DNA of 59,835 nt, counting the filler, from Basidiobolus meristosporus CBS 931.73 (Eukaryota; Fungi; Basidiobolomycota): NCBI GenBank assembly GCA_002104905.1. It is 3 parts of 3 records of this genome, joined end to end, with 100 filler letters (N's around TTAATTAATTAA, not from the genome) between each part and the next. Parts side by side here need not be neighbours in the genome. Positions count along the whole stretch, not along the records: positions 1 to 22,493 come from MCFE01000975.1; 2 more parts are not named here. One strand, given 5' to 3'. Made by a program: the position numbers and the translations under genes. Below, one piece after another: positions 1 to 13,324 of the stretch. Each line of letters opens with the position of its first letter. Within the stretch, counting starts at the first letter, position 1. The notes beneath the pieces are model-generated. The model saw only the letters and a list, made by a program, of their open reading frames with translations. It was not told the DNA's origin and did not search any database.

Positions 1-1182
1 ACACATGGTCAACCTGTGTCACCATCCCTATTATATCTATACCATATATGGTATCCCTATGTTACACCAGTTTCAGAGTAATGATTCCTGATTGGTTGGA
101 TATGCTGGCCTCTCAGAACCCTGTGGTACCTACTTAGAATACACTTAGCTCATTCTGATGACATTAAGATTTCTATTGATCTTCAGAACCTTCTGGAACG
201 CCATGATTAGTAATCACTTTGCCAGTGAGAAAAGTCTATAAGGGAGGCAATAGACTTGTTCCGTTGGATAGTGCCACATTGAGCCATGAGGGCCAAATGA
301 TGCCATAGTGTGCCAGAGAGGCCAAATGAGCCTATACTGGGCCACAGAGTATGAAACATAGATCTGCATCTTCATGCAAAGCAGCCCCTGTGTTTCACCT
401 ATGATGCAGGAGAAAATCCATTTTTTGATGTTTTTTTGTGGATCAATGTTGTGCAGGATGTGTAACAACACAGAAGAACCAAACACATGCATCAGGTTCT
501 CAATACCCATGGCACTCTGAATCTAGCTCCTGTGGCTTGTAACATGTCACAACAATGCATGGCACTATCTTGGTCCACTGGTACTATCTGGCACTATATT
601 TAAATATTAGCCCTAAAGTAAGATCAATACAAAGCACTTATAGTGACAGATAGTACCAGTGGACCAAGATAGTGCCATGCATTGTTGTGACATGTTACAA
701 GCCACAGGAGCTAGATTCAGAGTGCCATGGGTATTGAGTACCAAATGCATATTTTCAATCCTTTTGTGCTCTTACACATCCTGCACAACATTGATGTAAA
801 AAAAAAAAGGTCAAAAAATGGATTTTCTCCAACACCATTGGTGAAACACAGGGGCTGCTTTGCATGAAGATGCAGATCTATGTTTCACACTCTGTGGCCA
901 AGTATAGGCTCACTTAGCCTCCCTGGCACACTATGGCATCATTTGGCACTCATGGCTCAATGTGGCACTATCCAACGGAACAAGTCTAATACCTTAACTA
1001 TAATTCTTCATCCCTTTTATCAATATACCAACTTGTTGATTAGTGTGATCACTGCTACCTGCTGCTACCTGAACTTCCAGTCCCTGACCACAGGATACTC
1101 CCAGGTGACCATGCTGACAGCCAACTGACCTTGGAGGCACTACTTGTTAGGAATACTCAGAGTAGGTATCTTTTACTATGTA
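1..1182. mobile_element. Fragment of the ~1.07-kb LTR family ('LTR2'), interrupted by the foldback element at 252-987
   Basis: 1-251 and 988-1182 align colinearly with internal parts of 7551-8622 and 20503-21573 (e.g. GATCACTGCTACCTGCTGCTACCTGAACTTCC); homology stops near 1182. Confidence 0.85.
252..987. mobile_element. Non-autonomous foldback/MITE DNA transposon, 736 bp, whole element is an inverted repeat
   Basis: Termini AGACTTGTTCCGTTGGATAGTGCCACA...TGTGGCACTATCCAACGGAACAAGTCT; ~345-bp arms around a ~40-bp loop; AAT duplicated at 249-251 and 988-990; the empty site GGC-AAT-CCCTTAAC is seen in the LTR2 copy near 9110. Confidence 0.9.
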
Positions 1183-1184
1183 TT

Positions 1185-2200
1185 ACAGGTACTCAATTGC
1201 TTACTTGACTGAGAGCCTGAAGAGTTTGCATTATTACCTTTGGTGGGCTCACTGTCAACATGGCCTTTTTTGGATGTAGCCCTGATTGTTATACTGAAGG
1301 TCAAAGCAAGCTGTTGTCCAACCATTCTTTTGTTGCTGTCAACAGTTGGGTTTAGTTGGGAACCAGACAACTTTGCTTTGTTTTTTGGCTGCATAAATAT
1401 GGAAGTGGGCCAAACCAAAGGGGAAAAAGTGTTATATTCATGTGTATGTGGTGCAACAACTTTATTTATAATGCTTGCTTTGGCAGGTCTTCATGGAATC
1501 TAATTTACACATAGGTGCCATGTCTCAAATACAAGACCATCTTAAATTTACATGAGTATTGACCAAAAAGTAATATAATAGCATTATGTTGTTGAAGGTC
1601 AAACTGTTTGCCCCATGGACATGACTACTTTGATTCAACACCATAAGAGAAGAGAGAAAAGACCATGTGGCTATTGTATCAGGCCTCTCAGCTATGAATC
1701 ATGGAGACTGCATAAGAAGTACAACAAGGATCACAGCCAGTTTTTGCCACACAAGTCATATTTGACCATTTTTTAGTTACTAATGTACCAACATTGTCTT
1801 GCCAGCCAGTTGATACTTCTATATTGGCGCCTGGCCATCTTTGTTACCTTGTGCAAACTGATTCAGGTGAGCTTGTGATGCCTTGAGGCTCACCTCAGCT
1901 GTCTGAACATGGCACACACAATGTTAGCTCTGATAAAGAAAGTTCACTGATGGATTGTGAGCCTATCTCCCCTAACAATAGTACTGCATATGAGCCTGGT
2001 CAAATCCCAATATGCAATGAGACAACACACATTAAAACAAATGCTAAGGATACTTTATGGAGCCAAGTGAGCCCAGTAATCTATCTTCTGGTGAAGGATA
2101 TAATGTTGAGGCTAGAGAACTGGTTCCATGCAATTATCATGAAACATTTTTGATCAAGAACTATAAGTATAGCCACATCAGCTGTAGTTCTGTTATCCAG
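1185..2200. repeat. Truncated direct copy of the repeat at ~5100-6150 (part of the CACTA-like element)
   Basis: Shared strings such as GTTGGGAACCAGACAACTTTGCTTTGTTTTTTGG (~1350 and ~5305) and GGATACTTTATGGAGYCAAGTGAGCCCAGTA (~2048 and ~5998). Confidence 0.85.
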
Positions 2201-3699
2201 CACTGAAATTCCATTATGATGTTAGTATTATAATGATCTTATTACTTTGTTATCTTATAGGTTTGCATTAGGGGACACTGCTCTTGTGCTAGTTTCAATT
2301 GAGAGCATGAACAGTGATTTTCTATGCATGCTGCTTTTGAGCATTCCTTAAGCCTAGAAGTATCAAAAAATCATGCTGGCTTAATGAGACTGCTGAAATA
2401 CTGACCTAGTTGGCATCATCAAACAGCTAAAGATTTACTCAACCAATCAGGAGTAGTAGTCACTGTGGGACTCATTTACAGCCCTTACTCTGCCACTTCT
2501 TTCAGAAGCGTAAACCAATAACTATACTATTCCAGTCAAGATCAAGGTTACACTCTCACCAAGCATAGGTCACTAACCCAGAAACTCCTGAAGTGTGCTC
2601 CTAGATAGTGAGAAACATCCTTAGCTTAGTGATACAACTGGAGTATATCTATAAAAGTGCAGATTTTGAGCTTCTTTAGAAGTAATCAGCAGCTCCTCTA
2701 TTACCACAGATTTGTTCTTAGGTCCTTATATGAATATCTTCTTCAGCTTGCAACAGGTTAAAGCCCAAATATCCTTAAGCCATTTTAGAGATGACTTTTA
2801 TTTGCAAGCAGAGTTATAATGGCATCATTGCTGTAGAGGTGAATTTTGATAGGAAGAACTATAGAATCTGAATAATCAAAGCTCAGATCCACACTGTAGC
2901 AATAAAGCTGTGAAATATAGTGATAGGAAAAGAGGTTGATCCCAGAAGAACTGCAGAAGGAGTTGAGAAACTTCAACAAAAGGAAAGAAGGGCTTAAGTA
3001 CCATATATTTCAGCATACAAGACTCCATTGTTGGTCATATTGATGCTTGTAATAGTACCAAAGCAGCCTGATGATCCTAGAAGATGATCTTTAGACCAAA
3101 AGCAATATCAATCTGGCCATGAGTAATCCCAATGTCAGACTCCTGTTTTAAAGGCTCCGATGTAATGGCTAAGCAAAGAGAAATGAAGACGCCATTTTCT
3201 TCAGAAACTAAGGGAAAGCACAACAACCAAAGAAATCCTGGTTGCCATAACCACTGCTCAACTACTTGGCAAGGGAATGCATTAAGATATAAGAAGGCAA
3301 AAAACAGAAGCTTTATCATACCAGTTATGTACCTTCAGAAGAATGGTTGTTTATAACAGTCTGTAAGAGTGGTAGTGACCTTAATTATTAGTTTTATACC
3401 AACCCTGGATCGTTGCTACATGTGTGCAATATGCAAAAGTGGTTTGGTAACTTGATAATTATTCATATGAACAAGGCTTATTTAGGAGATGACACTGCAA
3501 TTGAAGCCTCTATTGGTGAGCCTTTAAGTCCAAATACTAGTGGCAACTCAGTCACTGAAATAGCAAAATGGATTGATGTACTCATTGTGCTGAGAAAACA
3601 AGAACTTGCCCACATCAAACAATGCAACTACTCAAGCAAGGATCATTGTCATGATCAGCCTAAAATGCTGTAATTAAGATGCATAAATACTGGGCTCAG

Positions 3700-6030
3700 G
3701 AATTAGAGCTCCCATTTTATACAACTTGCAATGTAAAGATACTGTATCTGAGTCTACTGTACTTTTTCAGCAAACTCATCTACCTTGCTGGAGTTTGGCT
3801 CAACTGGCTACACTTCCAACCCTTGTGAAAGCAGCTGTTTCTTCTTGGTACTTTTTCTTGGCTTTGATGGGATTTAGTCTGTTCCAGACTTGTGATATGA
3901 ATTGGCAAGAACTGCAGCTTTTTTCTCTCACTTGCCTGTCTCTAGCTTGGGTTGACTTTTCCCCCTTTACCTCTTCTTTTGTCACTTCCAGGTCTTTCAC
4001 TGCTACTTTATCTGAGTGCTTCTTGTAATGCACTGTGCTTTCTCCTTCATAAATGCTGCTCTGATGCAGCTGTTTTGGCCCGCATGTCCCTTGCTGGCAT
4101 TCTGCAGGCAACCTGATGCTTCCTTCCTGCTTGTTTTGAGCTCTCAGCCCTTGCCATGATGGGCTCCTGAGGTAGCTGCTTGTACTTATCACTGCCAGGT
4201 CCTTCACTACTACTTTAACTGAGTGCTTCTTGAGTAGAGCTATGCTTTTTGCATGGTAAATGTTGTGCTGGTGCATCTGTGTTTGCCTGCTTTTTCCGTA
4301 TTGGCACACTTCCAGCTACCTGATTTCTCTTTGATGCTGTTTGGAGCTTTTGGCCCTGCTGGTAATTGGCTCATGAAGAAGCCATTGGCTTTTAGCTATT
4401 GCACCCTTGTTCTTCTGCATTCAATAATTTCAGCTAATCTTGAGATACTTTAATAACACACCAACGCTGACTCAAAATCCATTTGCTTGTTTGAATCCAG
4501 GATAATGCTTATTAAGCAGGGCAAGTACATTGTGCTTATCATTGAGCTCCTCATGGTCCCATGGTATGCCAATCTTATGATGTTAACGTGCTAGACTTCT
4601 AACAGCCTCTGAATCTTAGCCCACTCTTCACCATTGTGCCCAACAGCTTCACAGATGTTGAATGTCTTTTGGTTTTTAGGCTTCAATATAATCACTATAT
4701 CTTCTCCCGCCCATGCTGTAATATATTTCTCTGTGGGCTTTATCTTAGGGCACTGTTGTTGTGCATTAAAGACTACATGGTGTTCCTTAGCTGTTACATC
4801 AGATAATGGCTCAATTCTTGGCAGCAACATTGAGCTACGTGAGTTCTTTCTTTGCAGCAAAGGTACTGCATTCTCTACCTGGGTTAATGATTGCTCAGCA
4901 CCTTTTATCCTCTCATCCAGTACCGGGACTGTTTCCTAATTTCTCTAGATCATTGCATCTATCCTTGCAGCCACTACACCAAATTGCCTCATTAATACTT
5001 TGGTATGAGCTGACAGCATACTTGCTAATACAAGTGGTGGTAATCTTACAATGGCCACTTGCTGGTCCTTCTCTGAAGGTACAACTTTTGCCACATTCTC
5101 ATCTGCCTCAGCAATATGATCAGTTTGCAGCTTGTCAGAAATTCCAATTGCCTACTCAGCTGAGAGCTTAAGGAGTCTGCATTTTTACCTTCAGTGGCAC
5201 ACTGTCCACAGGACCTTTTTTAGTTGTAGCCCTGCTTGCTGCACAGAATCACAAAGCAAGCTATTGTCTAAACATTCTTCTGCTGCCATCAACAGTGAGG
5301 TTTGGTTGGGAACCAGACAACTTTGCTTTGTTTTTTGGTAGCACATATATGGAAGTGAGCTAAACCAAAGGAGAAATGGTGTTACATATATGTGTGTATG
5401 TGATGCCATAACTCAATTTGTTATGTTTACTATAGCAGGTCATTGTTGAATCCTACATTCATTTTGGTGCAATGTGTCAAATACAAGACTGGCATAAGTT
5501 CACTCAAGTATTGACAAAAAAGTGACATAATACCATTAAGTTGTTGAGTGTAAACTGTTGCCCCATGGACAAGACTATCTTGATTCAGCAACATAAGAGA
5601 AGAGAACAAAGACTATGGGGCTACTTTAGCAAGCCTTTCAGCCATGAAGCAGACAACTGTCTAAGAATTACTAGAAGGATCATGGCCAGTGTTTTGCCAC
5701 ACAAGCCCTATTTTACCATTCACCAGTCACTGCTATATTAATAATATCTTGCCAGCCACTTGATACTTCAATAACAGCATCTAGTGGTGCCTGTCACCTT
5801 GTGCAAACTGAGTTAGGAGAGTTTGTGCTGTCTTTAGGCTCACCCCAGCCTTGTGAATGTGGCACACAAAGTACTAGCTCTGATGAAGCAGGCTCCCTGA
5901 TGGATTGTGAGTCTATCTTCACTAACAACAGTACCCTGCATGAGCCTGGCAAGATCCCAATATGCAAAGAGACAACACCCAGGGAAAAAAATGCCAAGGA
6001 TACTTTATGGAGTCAAGTGAGCCCAGTAGT
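3700..6030 (-). mobile_element. Interspersed repeat with a decayed minus-strand ORF of unknown function, upstream of and divergent from the CACTA-like transposase
   Basis: 4350-5340 aligns with ~52700-53660; peptide QQQCPKIKPT..ITAW.GE..V.ILKPKNQ....EEWA.IQ is conserved in both copies despite stops and frameshifts. Confidence 0.6.
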
Positions 6031-7200
6031 TCATCTACTGGTGAATGATGTAATGTTGTGGCTAGAGAGGTGGTGCATTTCCACTAATATCAATAATGGG
6101 GTCTTTGAGGATTTACTGCTACTTTTTGTCAAAATCATACTGGGATGCAACTTACTATGTAAATGGTACAAATAGAAAACCATTATGTGGATGGCAGCAT
6201 ATGACCCAGAGACTGTGCTGATACCTGCATGTGCTAACATTGCATGGCATCCAACTTGTCTGGAATCCACCTCTACTGGCAGAAAATATTGCTCACATTG
6301 TGGATATAATCTGGTAGTAACCTGTATAAAGAAGCTCATGCAGTCCATCAAATATTGTGGAGCCATAAAGTACTGCATTCAGTAGCAATCAAGCGCAAAC
6401 ATATCAGATATATCTGATGGCAGATATTGCAAACAGCTATGAAGCAAGGGCTACTTTGAAGGTATGCACAATCATGCCTTTGCCTTGGCACTTAATGGAT
6501 ACTCATTAAGCATGTACTCTACCAGCAAATCCTGCTGGTCACTGATTCTCATCAACCTGAATCTGCGGCCTATCATACAGTATCAGAGCCTGTATCAGAT
6601 GATAGTCCTACTGGTATCTGGGCCTAAATCACCGTCAAATCTGGATAGATGCCTGTATCCATTGCTAGATGAGTTTTGTGTGATTTCCAGAAGGATAATA
6701 GTAAATTGCCATCATGTAAAAGCACATTGTATTATCTGGATTGGAGATATCCCAGCCATCAGTAAGATAGCTGGCTTCTCTGGGCACAATGAACAGTATT
6801 GCTGTCGAATGTGTGAGAGCTAGGGAACCTATTACATAACTCACCAACAATATGGTTACCCAACCACTAACACTAAGAACATCATATTTCTGCAGAGATA
6901 GCACACAGAAGTCAAATTGCAGTTGAAGCAAACTTAACATGCTATAAGCCATTGGCATAATATAGCATTAACCAGATACCAGAGATACTCAAGATAAAGG
7001 GCATCTGTTAGAGCAAAAGCTTTCCACTGGGAGCAATGCATTTGCTTTTCAATAGTATCCCTATACTCATGACTAAATTGTATATGTGGCATTTCAAGCT
7101 AAACAAGCCCTTCAAAATACCAGAGCAATGTGAAAGAATTGGCAAGATATTACAGAATATCTGCTACCCTGAGTACTTCTCACTGGCTCCAATCAACATT
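6030..7200 (+). pseudogene. CACTA/EnSpm (CMC, Transposase_21/tnp2-like) transposase relic
   Basis: Fragments in order: ACANIAW..C...KYCSHCG, GYFEGMHNHAFALALNGY, CWSLILINLNL, SGPKSPSNLDRCLYPLLDEF, IGDIPAISKIAGFSGHNEQYCCRMC, matching the motif order I recall for fungal tnp2-like transposases; multiple stops. Confidence 0.7.
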
Positions 7201-7214
7201 CATACACATGCAAT

Positions 7215-9023
7215 CATACAAAAAATTTCTTTGCCTGTACAAGAACAAACTTGGGAAAGAGTAAAATAAAATAAATGAGACCTACTCTGAATATTTCTCA
7301 CAAGTAGTGCCACCAATGTCAGTTGGCTATCAGCGTGGTTACCTGGGAGTGTCCTGTGATCTAAGATTGGAAGCTCAGGTAGCAGCAGGTGGCAGTGATC
7401 ACACTAACAAAAAAGTAGGTATATTGATAAAAGGGATGATGGTTTATTGTTGAGGGATTGGCTCCCTTATATGCTTTTGTTACTGGCTAAGTGATGACCA
7501 ATCACGGTGTTTCAGAAGATTCTGGAGATCAATGGAAATCTTAGTGACGTTGTAGTGGGGTAAGAGTGACACCCACTGACAGATGTGCTCATTCCCATAT
7601 TTTCTACTTCCCTATATCTCTACTACACTTATTTTAGTTTTATCCCATTTGTTGTACCCAATCAGTACTATCCCATAATCCAGTTGACTATCACACCAGC
7701 TTACCTTATTGCATAAGTTTCCCCTTGCTCTATGTAAGATTACTAGCTATAAGTGCTTCTATATTAGGCAAGTATCCACCCCAGTACCTGTGACACATGG
7801 TCAACCCATGTCACTATCCCTACCATTTCCATACCATGTATGGTATCCCTATGTTACACAGGTTTCAGAATACTGATTCCTGATTGGTTGGATGTGCTGT
7901 GCCTCTTGGAAGCTTCTGGCACCTACTTAGAACATTATTAGGTCATTCTGATGTCATTAAGAATTCTATTGATATCTGTAACCTTCTGGAACACCATGAT
8001 TAGTAATCACTTAGCCAGTAAGAAAAGTATATAAGGGAGGCTATCCCTCAACAATAAATCATCATCCCTTTTATCAATATACCAACTTGTTGATTAGTGT
8101 GATCACTGCTACCTGCTGCTACCTGAACTTCCAACCCCAGACTACAGGACACTCCCAGGAAACCACGCTGACAGCCAAATGACCTTGGAGGCACTACTTG
8201 TGAGGAATACTCAGAGTAGGTATATTTTATTATATTTGATTGTTTTCCCAAGTTTGTTCTTGTACAGGCAAAGATACTTTTCTGTCTTTGTAACTATTGA
8301 CCACAGCTGCATTCTTATCAAGTCCCTGCTGGTGGAGTTTACAGTTGATTTGACTTTGGAAGCTTTAGTACATTGTCATCTCAAAGGATGCTGAACCCAG
8401 CACATACTTTTGTTAAGTTGCCAACTAAGTTGGGGATTGTAGCTCAATAGTTTTCCCTTGACAAGCTTGTGGCTTTATTCCCTGTTACATTAGATTAGAG
8501 ACAGAACCCAAGTATTCCTAGCAAGCTTTTGCCAGAGGTTATTGCACCCAGTGAACACTCCACACACAAAACACTTGAGAAGTGTTGGACTTATCTCTGC
8601 CTTGGACCTATACACCACCACAATGTTGGAATGAGCTAAGAAAGTTCCAAATACATACGAGAAGGTTGTAAGAGGCACAGCATATTGAACTAACCAGGGG
8701 CCAGTATTTTGAAACCTGTGAAATACAGAAATACCATTTAAGGAATAAAAGTGGTAGTGATGGTGAAACAGCTTGATCATGTGTCATAGGGCCTGACATG
8801 GGTACTTGCCTAAATTAGAAGCAATTACATCCAATAATCTTACACATATTGGGGATAGCTTATGTAATAAATATGCAGGTATTGTAGCTAGCAGGCTTAT
8901 GGGATGGTACTGATCAGATAAGACACAGAGGAAAAAACTAAGTAAGAATAGTGGAGAAATAGGGAGGAAGAAGCTCTAAGAATGGGCACATCTGTCAGTG
9001 GGTGTCACTGTGACCCCACTACA
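7215..9023. mobile_element. Diverged LTR2 copy in reverse orientation, split by the solo LTR at 7551-8622
   Basis: Ends CACTGTGACCCCACTACA (reverse complement of the TGTAGTGGGG terminus) at 9023; 7215-7550 and 8623-9023 rejoin across ACGT into one colinear LTR2 sequence. Confidence 0.8.
7551..8622. mobile_element. Solo LTR (LTR2 family), 1072 bp, 4-bp TSD ACGT/ATGT
   Basis: TGTAGTGG...CCACCACA termini; flanks ACGT (7547-7550) and ATGT (8623-8626); colinear with 20503-21573. Confidence 0.9.
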
Positions 9024-9295
9024 ATGTCACTAAGATTTCCATTGATCTCCAGAATCTTCTGGAACACCGTGCTTGGTCATCACTTAGCCAGTGACAAAAG
9101 CATATAAGGGGGCAATCCCTTAACAACAAATCATTATCATTTTTGCTTCATGTTCTGAACACCTGGTATTATGGTGATAATACTCAAAGTAGATCTCAAC
9201 AAGAAATCTGGTCAGTATTCTCTAGGATTTGGAGGTAATAATATAAGTGACTAAGTTACGTGAATATTTAGGTGGAATTACAAATTTTTGCAACA
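9024..9295. repeat. LTR2 fragment starting at the same ACGT site (9024-~9140) fused to the end of a copia LTR (~9140-9295)
   Basis: 9024-9140 is the reverse complement of ~7430-7550; 9140-9295 matches the end of the copia LTR at 24261-24592 (…GGTGGAATTACAAATTTTTGCAACA). Confidence 0.75.
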
Positions 9296-10402
9296 GAATG
9301 CTTACCCCAAATGACCTCAAACTCAGCAAAGCTATTATACTCAAATGGAGTAATCAATGGAGTACCTGCCAAGATCATGGTTGTCTCAGGAGTCTCACAT
9401 TAATACATGTCAGAGCAATTTTGGTTGAAAGCTGGAGTCAGCTTGGAATCCACAATATCAACCTGAGTCTCAGCAGCTGATGGGAATTCTGACATAATTG
9501 ACCATATTACTCAGCTAGTAAGAAGGAAGGTCAATGACTATGAAAAAGATCTATAGGCCTATATACTGGGGAACTTCTAGTTTGACCTTGTGCTTAAGAA
9601 AATGTAGCTACTCCACAATAATCTATTAATCACCTGGGGATCCAATGTCACCCAGATCCAAAAAGGCAACCAGACATTTGAGCTCCTACCTGCTAGATGG
9701 GATTTGAACTTGGTCAAATCTAGTGTGTGTGAAACAAGTGAGCTTAGCAAGAAACAGTTCTGTGGGGTACTTTGGAGAGGTACCCATATGTTCCTCATGG
9801 TAGTATTACAGAAGAACTCCTATACCACAGTTCCCCAAAAGGTCAAGGCTCATTGACGGCATATTCAGATGTGTCCAGATGAACTTATAAGTATACTACC
9901 CGTCATAGTTGTGGATCATGCCATTGACACAGGAGATAGCCCTCCAGTGGCCAAGACACATTATAGAATTAGTTCAGTGAAATTGGAAGAGATTAAGAGT
10001 CAAATAGATCAATTATGGAGGCAAGTATATATGAGACCCTGCAAGTTACCATGAGAAGCACCAAAGCTACTTGTGAAAAGCAGCATAGAACACTTAGGAT
10101 GTGCATTGACTACAGAGCCCTTAACTCAGTTACTGTCAACAATAATTATCCCATACCCTGAGTTGAAGAGGTTTTGGACCAACTCAATGAAGCCACCATA
10201 TTCAGAAAGCTTGAACTCATGTGAGGATATAACCAGATTGGGGTGAAACCAGAAGATATCCCTGAAACAGCATTCAGGACCAGATTTGGACATTATAAGT
10301 ACTTGGTCATGAGTTATGTCCACACCATTGCCCCTACAAATTTTATGACTTTCATATAAGCCATCTTGCAGGAGTACTTGGATTGGTTTGTGGTATTCTA
10401 CC

Positions 10403-13324
10403 TGCTGGAATTTAAGAAGTGATTTGGATATAAGGAGCTTATCAGGAAATAGTGATAGTAGTTGAACTGTTGTTTATTAATAAAGAAGCTCGGTATTTAT
10501 ACATTTGTAGAAGTAATATGGCTGTAGCACTAAGTAGGAGGGTTTCTCAATATTCAGGAGCATTCTGTAACAGTTTCAGTGTTAGTACATAATGTTTGGT
10601 AATAGTGCTGATGTGCTCCTGACTATAAGGGAATAATCATAAGATCATAGATCTGATGAAAGTGGCAAAGTTAGAGCTGTAAAATAGTCCCATAGTGACC
10701 AAGACTAGACCAGAATTGTTAAGTAAATTTTTAGCTGCTGAATGATACCAAATAGTTCAATATTTCTACACTCCCCTCACTAAATAATTTTTTAATACTA
10801 ATTCCTCCCTGAGATTCTCAAATTGCCACCTAGCAAGTGGTTTTGTCAATATATCTGCCACCATTTTGTTAGCTGGGCAGTACTCTAACTCTACTAAGTT
10901 ATTTTCCACAGCTTCCCTCACAAAGTGATGCTGTATATCAATGTGCTTAGTTCTGGCATGATTAGTCGGATTTATAGCTAATGAAATACAACTTTGATTA
11001 TCCTTGTAAATACATGTTGGCTCATCTCAATTAAAACCTAGGTCCTTGAGTAGTTTTTGTAGCCATATAGCCTCCTTAGTTGCTTGACATGCAGCCATAT
11101 ATTCAGCTTCAGTTGTAAATAGGGCCACAGTTGGTTGTTTCTTGCAATTCCAAGTATTAGCTGCACCAGCATAAAGAAATACTTATCCTGTGGTAGAGCA
11201 TCTGTTAATCAGATCCCTACCCCAATCTGAATCACTATAACCATCATATTGTTGCCTATTAGCTGATCCAGAGTATTCCAATACCATATTTATGGTTCCT
11301 TGTAGATATCTAAAAATCTGTTCAACTGCTGCAATTTGATCTGATCCATAATTCTGCACAAATTGACTGACTATTCCAACTATCGCTGAGATACCTGGAT
11401 GTGTAGACACCATCAAGGACATCAGGCTACCAACCATTGATTGATAGGGAAAGTTTTGGTCCATATTTGAGCTGTTTTCATCTATAACTGGCTGAGATTT
11501 ACTTAATTTCAGGTTATTGTCCATAGGGATAGCTACAGGTTTGCAATTTTCCATTTTGAAGCATCTAAGAATGTCCCTGATGTAAGTAGACTGATTCAGC
11601 ACAGTTTTATGAGTTGGTATGCCAAATATGACTTTAATTCCAAGAAAATAGCTCAATTGTCCAAGAGCTTTCATCTCAGTCTTGCTGAAGAGATCTGATT
11701 TTGTCTGTTTAGTTGCCTCTTGGTCATTTGTAGCAATAATTAGGTCATCCACATGAAGAACTAAGATGAGCACACCCTTTTTGAGCTGCTTCACATATAT
11801 GCTGTGATCTGCAGTGCTACAAGAGAACCTGACATCCTCTAGATATGTGTCAATCTTGTTATACCGTGCTCTAGGTATCTGCTTAAGCCCATACAGCAAT
11901 TTTCTAGGTTTCCTCACCTTGTGGGGGTCCTTTGGATTGGTAAAACCTTGTGGTTGCTCCATATATTTAGTTTCTTTCAAATCCACATTTAGAAAGGCTG
12001 TTCTGACATCCATCTGATGTAGATCTAGACTGTGCACAGCTGCCAGGGCTAGAACTGTCCCAATAGAGCTAAACTTGGCAACCAGAGCAAATGTACCCTT
12101 AAAGTCTAGTCCCTGGAAATGGGAATAGCCTTTAGCCACCAATCTAGCCTTGTACTTATCAACGGAATCATTTGAGGTTCTCTTGATCTTGTAGACCAAT
12201 CTACATCCTATTGGCTTTCTCCCATTTGGTAAATTTACCAGTTACCACATTTTTGCCTTGATCAGTGATGGGTACTTCTCTGCATGGCTTGTTACCACAT
12301 AGTAGCATCTGGACTTTGCATTGCCTGTTCCAGATTCTATGGTTTAGCACATGAGGCAAGATAAGCTTCTTCATGATCATTGGATCCCTTTTGTACTCTT
12401 TGATTCCAGCTTTGAGCATTTTTTGTCAGGGCTCATTGGTAGGCTGCAAAACATACGGAGTATCTCCTTCATCATCAACACCAGCATCAATACTCTAAAG
12501 CCCTTTAGCAAGTGTCTCTATTCTGGTAATGTGTTGTAGCATGTCATCATCTGGCTTCTTCCTCATGATGAAGAACTTTTGTTTTAAATAAAGATTGCTT
12601 GATACTGACTTAGCTCTAAAGATCTTCTCTAATGATTCCCATGCCGTTTTGGCAGTATTTGAGGCATGGATTTGTCCAATGAAGGAATCTTACACATTGA
12701 TACATATGGCATTAAAGACCTTTCTCTCCTTCTCTTGAACCTTCTCCACTTCTTCTGCTGCTCCTTTGGGCTCAACTTCTTTTCCTGTTGATATATTGCA
12801 AAGATTCCTTACCTCAATGTGGATCTGCATATTAATTCTCCAAAGTCTGCAGTTCTTCCTATCAAACCTCTCCTTTACAGGGAAGATGCTTGTGTTGTTC
12901 TGTTTGCTGATAAAAGTCATTGTTAGAATAGATTAAGGCAATTGGGGCTCATAACCTGTTGCAACTTAAGAAGTGATTTGGATATAAGGAACTTATCAAG
13001 AAATAGTGATAGTAGTCAAACTGTTGTTTATTAATAAAGAAGCTCAGTATTTATACCTTTGTAGAAGTAATATGGCTGTAACACTAAGTAAGGAGGTTTT
13101 CTCAATATTCAGGAGCACTGTGTAACAGTTTCAGTGTTAGCACATAATGTTTGGTAATAGTGCTGATGTGATCCTGACTATAAGGGAATAATCATAAGAT
13201 CATAGATCTGATGAAAGTGGCAAAGTTAGATCTGTAAAATAGTCCCACAGTGACCAAGATTTGACCAGAATTGCTAAGTGAAGTTTTAGCTGCTGAGTGA
13301 CACCAAATAGTTGAATATTTCACA
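10403..13324 (-). mobile_element. Internally deleted Ty1/copia LTR retrotransposon, 5-bp TSD CTACC
   Basis: LTRs 10403-10770 and 12957-13324; PBS GGTTATGAGCCCC (12956-12944); PPT AGGGGAG next to 10770; TSD CTACC at 10398-10402 and 13325-13329; gag jumps to RT with protease/integrase missing. Confidence 0.9.
11183..12199 (-). pseudogene. pol: Copia reverse transcriptase (RVT_2-like) fragment
   Basis: YKARLVAKGYS, LHQMDVRTAFLN, LHVDDLII (YVDD variant), GYSDSDWG. Confidence 0.9.

Noticed and set aside
251-988. TA TSD (Tc1/mariner) reading of the foldback element
   Set aside because: It would leave 3 extra bases relative to the empty LTR2 site; AAT/ATT fits both fully flanked copies.
2260-3700. 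Short ORFs as host genes
   Set aside because: CpG-depleted, no convincing coding signal; at most a tyrosine-recombinase relic.
4591-4860. Myb/SANT-like look of AWAGED...VGHNGEEWAKIQRLL as a Harbinger partner ORF
   Set aside because: The second copy near 52950 reads AWEGEN...IEYNDEEWANIQEAN and loses the Myb-like residues; not supportable without a profile search.
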